A DNA stretch of 20,330 bases. Source: Pedobacter sp. Its GTDB lineage: Bacteria; Desulfobacterota; Desulfuromonadia; Desulfuromonadales; Syntrophotaleaceae. Made by a program: the position numbers and the translations under genes. The notes beneath the pieces are model-generated. The model worked only from the letters and a program-made list of their open reading frames with translations. It made no database searches and was not told the DNA's origin. This document shows, piece by piece, positions 8,001 to 17,133 of the stretch (position 1 is the stretch's first letter; every line of letters begins with the position of its first letter). Where the stretch lies: the NCBI GenBank assembly GCA_050253415.1, contig JBFWJC010000013.1:1-20330 (forward strand), read 5' to 3'.

Positions 8001-11000
8001 ACAGCGTGTCGGAGCTTGCCGGGCAAGGGACCGATACCGTCGTTGCCGACCTAGATTACACCCTGGGCGTCCATGTCGAAAATCTCACCCTCACCGGCGC
8101 CGACGATCTGGAAGGCGTCGGCAACGAACTGAACAACGTGATCACCGGCAACGATGGCGCCAACACTCTGTCCGGTCTGGCCGGCAACGATATCCTTGAC
8201 GGTGGTCAGGGCGCGGATACCCTGCTGGGTGGCACCGGCGATGACACCTACGTGGTGGATAATGCGGGTGACTCTGTCGTGGAAAATGCAAACGAAGGGA
8301 CCGATACCGTCAAGTCCGCCATCACCTATACCCTGACGGACAACGTCGAAAACCTCACGCTGACCGGCACGGCCAACCTCGATGGTACCGGCAATGAACT
8401 GGACAATGTGGTCACCGGCAACGATGGCGCCAACATTCTGTCCGGCCTGGCCGGCAACGATATCCTCGACGGCGGCCAAGGCGCTGATACCCTGCTGGGC
8501 GGCACCGGCGATGACACCTACGTGGTGGATAACGCAGGAGATGTCGTTGCCGAAAACCACGATGAAGGAATCGACACCGTCAAGTCCGGCATTACCTATA
8601 CCCTGACCGACAACGTCGAAAACCTCACGCTGACGGGCGGCGCCGCCATCAATGGTACGGGTAACGACCTGAACAACACCCTCGTGGGCAACGGTGCGAA
8701 CAACGTGCTCGACGGCGGCGCGGGGGCAGATGCCATGGCAGGCGGGGCCGGCAACGATACTTACATCCTCGACGACCTTGGCGACACCGTGACCGAGTAT
8801 GTCGGCCGAGGCATCGATACGGTAGTCAGTCCCTTCGACTATACTCTGGGAGACCATGTCGAGAACCTCACACTCTCCGGCACAGCCATCACCGGTACGG
8901 GTAATTCCCTCAACAACATCATCTCGGGTACAGACGCGGACAATACCCTGACCGGTCTGGACGGTAATGACATCTTGAATGGCGGCGCCGGGGCAGACAC
9001 CCTGGTCGGCGGGCGCGGCAATGACACCTTCGTGGTGGATAACGCGGGGGATCTTACACAGGAACTTGCCGGCGAGGGCGTGGACACCGTGGAAGCCAGT
9101 CTGACCTGGACGCTGGCAGACCATGTCGAGAACCTGACCCTCACGGGTCACGACGCCATCGACGGTACCGGCAATGAACTCGACAATGTCATCATCGGCA
9201 ATGCCGCCGCCAACTCGCTGACGGGACTGGAGGGCGACGACACCCTTGACGGTGGTGCGGATGCCGACGTCATGGCGGGTGGTACGGGTAACGATACGTA
9301 CGTGGTAGACAATGCTGGCGATGTCGTTCTGGAGGATATTGATGCGGGGACTGATACGGTTCGAGCCAGCATTGACTATACCCTGACGGACCATGTCGAG
9401 AACCTGACCCTCACGGGCACAGCCGCCATCGACGGCACGGGCAACGTGCTGGACAACGTCATTATCGGAAACTCGGCTGCGAACATCTTGACGGGACAGG
9501 AGGGCAACGACACCCTGAACGGCGGCGCGGGCGCCGATACGATGATCGGCGGCAGCGGCGACGACATTTATGTCGTCGACAATGTTTATGACAGGGTGCT
9601 GGAAGAAGCGGGTGAGGGGATCGACACCGTACAGTCGAGCGTCAGCCATACCCTGGCAGACCAGGTCGAAAATCTCACTCTCACCGGCACGGCCAATCTC
9701 AGCGGCACCGGTAACGCCCTGGACAACACCCTGGTCGGCAACAGCGGCCACAATACCCTGGACGGCGGCACGGGCATAGATATCCTGGTCGGCGGTGCGG
9801 GGAACGACACTTACCTGGTGGATGACAGCGCGGACGTCGTGACCGAAGAGGCAGGAAGGGGAACGGACAGCGTCCTTGCCTCGACGAGTTACACCCTCTC
9901 CGCCCATGTCGAGAATATGACCCTTGTCGGTGATAGTGACATCAGCGGTACGGGCAATGATTTGAATAACGAACTCACCGGCAACAGCGGAAACAATGTC
10001 CTGCACGGGCTGGACGGCAACGACGTCCTTGTCGGCAATGCGGGGAACGACCTGCTCGACGGCGGCGCCGGTGCGGATTCCATGGCCGGCGGTGAAGGGG
10101 ACGACACCTATGTGGTGGATAGCGCCGGTGACGAGGTGGCTGAGCTGGAGGCGGAAGGCACGGACAGCGTTCGGGCGAGCATAGACTACACTCTTGGCGA
10201 GAATGTCGAGAATCTCGAGCTGACCGGTATCTCGGATATCGACGGCACAGGAAACCTTCTGGACAATTCCATTACGGGCAACAGCGGAGCCAACCGTATC
10301 GACGGTGCCGAGGGAGCAGACACTCTGGCCGGCGGGGCCGGGGACGATACCTACGTCGTTGACAACGCCGCCGACGTGGTGATGGAGCAGGCGAACGAGG
10401 GGATAGATTCCGTTGAAGCCAGTGTCCACTACAGCCTGACGGATAATGTCGAGAACCTCACTCTCACCGGAGAGGAGAATCTGAACGGGACAGGAAATGA
10501 GCTGGCCAATGCCCTGACCGGGAATGGCGGCGATAACCTTCTGGACGGTGGCAGCGGCATCGATACCATGGCGGGCGGTGCCGGCAATGATACTTATGTG
10601 GTAGATGAGACCGCTGATGTGGTCGTGGAGAAGGTCGGCGAGGGCATCGATACCGTGCTCGCTTCAGCCAACTATACCCTGAGCGAGAATGTCGAACATC
10701 TCATTCTGACCGGGAGCGCCGATCTTGTCGGTGTCGGCAACGTTCTGGACAACACCCTCACTGGCAACAGCGGGGTGAATGAACTCCGTGGGGGGGCAGG
10801 CAACGACACCTACATCGTGGACAGCACCGCTGATGTGGTGGTGGAGAGCGCCGGGGAAGGGATGGATACCGTGCTGTCTTCGGCCGACTATATCCTGTCC
10901 GACAACGTGGAGAATCTGACCTTGACCGGGGTGGCGGATCTCGACGGCAGGGGCAACGCCCTGAACAACACGATCATCGGCAACAGCGGCGCCAACCTGA

Positions 11001-14000
11001 TCGACGGTGGCGCTGGCGCCGACTCGATGGCAGGAGGAGCAGGGGACGACACATACATTGTCGATAACGCAAGCGATACGGTGAGCGAAGGGGTCAACGC
11101 CGGCATCGACAGCGTCTTCTCCTCCGTCACCCATGCCCTGTCGGCCAATGTGGAAAACCTGACCCTGACGGGTGAGGTGGCCACCAATGGCACCGGCAAC
11201 TCGCTGAACAATATTCTGGTCGGCAACGAGGCCGATAACCGGCTCTACGGTCTGTCCGGCAACGATGTCCTGAACGGCAACGGCGGCGACGACGTGCTTG
11301 ATGGCGGCTCGGGTGCCGATACGATGGCCGGGGGTGCGGGGGACGATACCTATGTTGTCGACAATACCGGCGACCTGGTGATCGAGAACGCGGAAGAGGG
11401 TACCGATACGGTGCAGTCGAGCGTCAGCTACACCCTGAGTGACAACGTGGAAAACCTGACTCTCACAGGGTACGGCTACATCAGCGGTACCGGCAATGCT
11501 CTGGACAATGTCATCATCGGCAATACGCGCAACAATACTCTTCGCGGTCTTGATGGGAACGATACCCTGATCGGCAATGCCGGCAGCGACACCCTGGACG
11601 GCGGTAGCGGGGCAGACACCATGAGTGGCGGTTCCGGTAACGACACCTATGTAGTGGACGATGCCGGCGACTTGGTGAAGGAACTGTCCGGCCAGGGAAC
11701 CGATCATGTGCGGGCCGGAATCGATTATACCCTGACCGATTATGTGGAGAACCTGACACTTACCGGGACGGCAGACCTGAACGGCACCGGCAACACTCTT
11801 GGCAACGTGATAACCGGCAACACCGGCAACAATGTGCTTGACGGCAAGGCCGGTAACGACACCCTGTACGGCAATGCCGGCAATGATACCCTGATCGGCG
11901 GAGACGGTAGCGACAAGCTGTACGGTCAGGATGGCACGGATCTGCTTTTCGGTGATGGCGGCAATGATACCCTGGATGGCGGCAGTGGTGGGGATTTCAT
12001 GGCCGGTGGAGCTGGTGATGATACCTATGTCGTGGACAATGCGGGCGATGTCGTGACTGAAAACGCGAATGAAGGCACCGATCTTGTCCAATCGTCCATT
12101 ACCTACACCCTGACCGACAACGTGGAGAATTTGACTCTGGCCGGATCCGCGGCCATCAATGGCACGGGCAATGAGTTGAATAACGTGATCCGTGGCAACT
12201 CGGCGGCCAATGTACTCGATGGCATGGGGGGCAACGACAGCCTGTACGGAAACTCCGGCAACGATACGCTGCTGGGCGGAGAGGGGAATGATTATCTTGA
12301 TGGGGGCTATGGCTCTGACGCCATGAGTGGCGGCGCCGGTGATGACACCTATATTGTTGACAACACGGGTGACGCGGTTACCGAACTGGTTGGTGAAGGG
12401 ACCGATACCGTTCGTTCCAGCGTCAGCTACACCCTGACCGCCAATGTAGAGAATCTGACCCTGACCGGAACTTCATCCATCAACGGTACCGGCAATGATC
12501 TGGATAACGTGATTACCGGCAACAATGGGTCCAATGTCCTTTCGGGGCTGGCCGGCAACGACACCCTGATTGGTAATTCCGGCAACGATACCCTGGATGG
12601 CGGCAGCGGAGCAGACAGCATGAGCGGTGGTTCCGGCAATGATACCTATGTTGTGGACGATGCCGGCGACGTGGTGAACGAGTCCTATAATGCGGGTACC
12701 GATCAGGTGAAATCCAGTATCGATTACACCCTGACTGCCAATGTCGAGAACCTCATCCTGACGGGCACGGCGGACATTGATGGTACCGGCAACACCCTGA
12801 ACAACCTAATTACGGGCAACAGCGGCGCCAACACCCTGGACGGCGGCGCGGGCAACGATACGATTTCGGCCGGTGCGGGAGACGATACCCTCATCGGTGG
12901 GGATGGCGATGACAGCCTGTTTGGCAGTGATGGCGCAGATCAGCTGTTTGGCAATAGCGGCAACGACACTCTCGATGGCGGCAGCGGTGTGGATATTTCG
13001 GCTGGTGGCATCGGAGACGATACGTATATCGTTGACGATAGCAGTGACGTCGTTATTGAAAATCTGGACGAGGGCACCGATTTGGTAAAATCCTCCGCTA
13101 CCTACATCCTGAGCGATAATGTCGAGAACCTGACACTGACCGGCACGGAAAATATTGACGGTACCGGAAATGAGCTGGACAACATCGTCACCGGTAACAG
13201 CGGAGCCAACGTTCTGGACGGTCAATCCGGCAATGACGTTCTTTATGGAAATTCCGGGGCAGACAGCCTTTTCGGAGGTGCTGGAAACGATCTGCTCGAC
13301 GGTGGCGCGGACGCTGACGCCATGGCTGGCGGCAGCGGTGACGATGTCTACCTGGTGGATAACACGGGAGATAGGGTGACCGAGAATGCGGACGAGGGAA
13401 TCGACACAGTACAGTCGAGTGTCAGCTACACCTTGACCGACAACGTGGAGAATCTGACCCTGACCGGAACTTCCGCCATCAACGGGACCGGCAATGACCT
13501 GGACAACATGATCACTGGCAACAGCGGGTCCAACGTCCTCTCGGGCCTGGCGGGCAGCGACACCCTGATCGGCAATTCGGGCAACGACATCCTGGATGGC
13601 GGCATCGGCGCCGACGTCATGCAGGGTGGTGCGGGTAACGATATCTACGTGGTTGATAACATTGGCGATATGGTGACCGAGGCGATCAATGCCGGGACCG
13701 ACACGGTGCAGTCGAGCATCGACTACACGCTGAACACCAACGTCGAAAATCTCACCCTGACGGGGACGGCGGATATCCGTGGCACCGGCAACTCCCTGAA
13801 CAACATAATCACGGGCAATTCCGGGGCTAACGTCCTCGATGGCGGGACCGGAGCGGACACGCTTGTGGGAGGTGCCGGCGACGATACATATAGGGTGGAC
13901 CATTCCGGCGACGTCGTCGTTGAGTCGGCCGATAACGGCACTGACACGGTATACTCCAGCGCCAGTTACACCTTGAGCGCCCATATCGAAAACCTGACCT

Positions 14001-17000
14001 TGACGGGAACCGCAGGGATAAGCGGCGCCGGTAACGGGGCGGATAACGTGATTACCGGCAATGCAGGGGACAATGCCCTGTATGGCGACAGTGGAGACGA
14101 TACCCTTTTTGCCGGGGACGGCCAGGATGTCCTGAACGGCGGCGCGGGTGCTGACAGGCTATTCGGCGAGGGAGGCAACGATATCCTCGCTGGCGGCTTG
14201 GGCGCTGACCTTATGGTGGGTGGCGCCGGCGATGACACCTATCTGGTTGATGACGAGGGCGATGTGGTGGTTGAGGCCGCTGGCGAGGGTGTCGACACCG
14301 TTCAGGCGAGTATTGATTACACTCTGGGCGACCATGTCGAGAACCTGATCCTCACCGGTTCAGCGGCTCTCAGCGGAACGGGTGACGCCAACGGAAATAT
14401 CCTCACCGGCAATGCGGGCGACAATGTCCTCTTTGGGCTGGAAGGTGACGATGTCCTCATAGGTAATGATGGCGATGATACTCTCGATGGGGGCTTGGGA
14501 GCCGATCTCATGCAGGGCGGCGCCGGCCATGATACCTATGTGGTGGACGACCTGGGCGATCAGGTTGTCGAAGCGGCCAATGCCGGTATCGACACGGTAC
14601 AGACAGCGCTGAGCTACACACTGGCCGACAATGTAGAAAACCTGGTGCTGATCGGGGATGGCGACGTTACCGGTACCGGTAACGCTCTGGAGAATACGAT
14701 TACTGGTAATGGCGGCGCCAACACTCTGGATGGTGCCTCGGGTGCCGATACCCTGATTGGGGGTGCCGGCGACGACACCTACATTGTCGACCATGCGGGT
14801 GACACGGTGGTGGAGACGGCCGGGGAAGGAACCGACACGGTATTGGCAGGTGTCAGTCACACCCTGTCGGCCCATGTCGAGAACCTGATCCTCACCGGCA
14901 CGGCGGCCATCGACGGCAGCGGCAATGATCTGGACAACCTGGTCACCGGCAACAGTGCCGCCAACAGGCTTGACGGCGGCGGCGGCAATGATCTGCTTGA
15001 CGGTCGTACCGGAGCCGATACGCTGGCCGGTGGCGCTGGAGACGATACCTATCTGGTCGAGGATGCGGGCGACACCGTGGTGGAAGCTGCCGGAGAAGGG
15101 ACCGACACCGTATTGGCAAGCGTCAGTCACACCCTGTCGGCCCATGTCGAGAACCTGATCCTCACCGGCACAACAGCCATTGACGGTGTCGGCAACGATC
15201 TGGACAACCTGGTCTTGGGCAACAGTGCCGCCAATACCTTGTCTGGCGGTGGCGGCAACGACCTGCTCGAAGGAGGCCAGGGGGATGATGTCTTGCTGGG
15301 TGGCGCCGGCGATGACCGCTATGTTTTCCGTCCGGGCGACGGCAGCGATCATATCGTGGACGCCCAGGGGAACAACACGCTGTATGTTGGAGGAGGCCTG
15401 ACCGAATTTGACCTGGAAGCGGACCGGATGGGCAACGATATGTTCGTGCGGGTTATCGGTTCCACCGACAGCTTTGTTCTGGCCGACTGGTTCCTGCAGG
15501 ACGGCGAAGGGCTCAATGCCATGGAGTTCGATGACGGGACGATCCTCGATCGCGCCGGCATCGAATTGCTGATCAATCGGCCGCCAGTGGCAAATACCGA
15601 CAGCATCACGGCCTTCGAGGATGGTGGTGCCGTCACCTTCGTGGCCACAGACCTGTTGGCCAACGACACCGACCCGAACCCGGGTGATGTGTTGAGTGTG
15701 ATCTCTGTCGGTGAATCGACGGTCGGTGCCTCTGTTTCCCTGGCCGATGGCGAAATAGCCTATGACATAGGAAGTCGGTTTCAGGAGCTGCCGGAGGGGG
15801 AAGTCCTGGAGGACCGCTTTAGCTACACGATCAGTGACGACAAAGGCGCCACGGCGACAGGAACGGTAGAAGTCGATATTATCGGGGTCAACGACGCCCC
15901 TGTTGTCGCCCCCGATGTTGCCCATGTTGTGGAGGATGTACTGGTTTCCGCCAGCGGGAACGTGCTCTCCAACGATTCGGATATCGATGCCGGAACCGTC
16001 CTCAGCATCGCCGCACCCGGCACCACAGCAGGATCCTATGGGACTCTTTCCCTGGAAGAGGATGGCAGCTACATCTATACCCTTGACGCCGCTTCTTCGG
16101 CGGTTCAATCCCTGGGACGCGATGCGGTCATGGTGGAGCAGTTTACCTACGCCGCGACCGACGGCATGGTGGAGACCGCTTCGTCCCTGGAAATCCAGGT
16201 CAGCGGAACGAATGATGCGCCCATCCTGATGAAGCCTCTGGAGGACCAGGACTTTACCTTTCACAAACCCTTTTGCTGGCAAATGCCGGCCGACAGTTTT
16301 GTTGACGTGGACCAGGGGGATGCTTTGACCTATACGGCGACTCTGGCTGACGGGTCGCCTTTGCCGGATTGGTTGTCTTTCGATGGGGAAACACAGACCT
16401 TCTCTGGGAGGACACCGAAAGAGGTGGGCTCAATCGATATTCGGGTCACTGCGACGGACAGTGTAGCTGCTACCGGCAGCACGGAAGGCAGCCTGGCCAC
16501 TTCGGACGTTTTTCGTCTTTCCGTCAGCCATGGCAATCAAGGCGTGGGGAACGGGCAAGATGCAGCCCCTCCCGGCCACGGATTCAACTTCAATGATGGC
16601 CCGGGTACTTCTCCCGGAAATCCCGGGGCTAGAAATTGGCCGGAACCTGGCAATGACAGGGAAAAAGAGCTTGAACGCGCCACGAACAACGTCGGTCCGC
16701 AAAAAGAACCTGTCCGCGTGCCGGCGGAAGCGCTCTCTTATCTCAACGTAAACCAACTTGATAAGCACTTCTCGGAGTTTGACCGGAAGTCTGGAAATAG
16801 CCAGAGCGGAAAGGACGTATTCAGTCGCTGGCAGGCCATGAACCGCGCCTTGGCTGAGCAGGCTGCGAATTTCGACAGGGGCGATTGGCAGCATGACAAC
16901 AAGGGCGCCGATATAGCCAATCTCGGAAAAGCCGCAGAGGGGTTCCTGGGATCCACTAGAGCCTTCGGTACGGACAGCTTCACGCTTGCGGGCGGTTCCG

Positions 17001-17056
17001 GTACCACTCTCGATGATTTCAAAGGGTTGAAGGGCGGATTGAAGGCCTTGAGGTAA
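5012..17056 (+). CDS. Giant RTX (hemolysin-type Ca-binding) T1SS substrate: variable N-terminus, FrpC-like self-processing module, RTX repeats, VCBS/cadherin-like domains
   Basis: AGGAG RBS. [55 protein letters not shown] matches the FrpC SPM pattern. Many GGxGxDxL nonamers, GVNDAP/GTNDAP Ig-like domains and [14 protein letters not shown] (CADG/He_PIG-like). Followed by hlyD. Confidence 0.95.
   Translation: [4014 protein letters not shown]
5711..6280 (+). other. Self-processing module (Ca2+-dependent Asp-Pro autocleavage), D234/P235
   Basis: Codon 234 GAC at 5711 is followed by [14 protein letters not shown], as in the Neisseria FrpC D414-P415 cleavage site. End coordinate is approximate. 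Confidence 0.8.
7060..15330 (+). repeat. RTX repeat region: ~27 modules ([24 protein letters not shown]...) separated by variable numbers of GGxGxDxL nonamers
   Basis: About 27 VENL-type motifs counted in the translation. Near-identical 270-bp units at ~8138/8408 and ~14800/15070. Confidence 0.9.
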
Positions 17057-17066
17057 CAATGAGGAT

Positions 17067-17099
17067 GCGGCGGGGTTGCCTGAACCCCGCCGCTCTTTT
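17067..17099 (+). terminator. Intrinsic terminator/attenuator-like hairpin between the RTX gene and hlyD
   Basis: Perfect 11-bp stem GCGGCGGGGTT-gcctg-AACCCCGCCGC followed by TCTTTT. Confidence 0.7.
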
Positions 17100-17133
17100 G
17101 CCTGGATAAAATGATTCTCTGTCTGTTCGAAAG

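Noticed and set aside
8242..14241. TGACACCTA, the IR tip sequence, recurs in the RTX gene (8242, 8512, 12343, 14233)
   Set aside because: Explained by codons for the DDTY motif, and the rest of the IR is absent.
5675..16282. Long antisense ORFs (403, 792, 475, 392, 640 aa) and many short alternate-frame ORFs within the RTX gene
   Set aside because: Shadow ORFs caused by GC-rich repetitive codon usage, with no recognisable domains.
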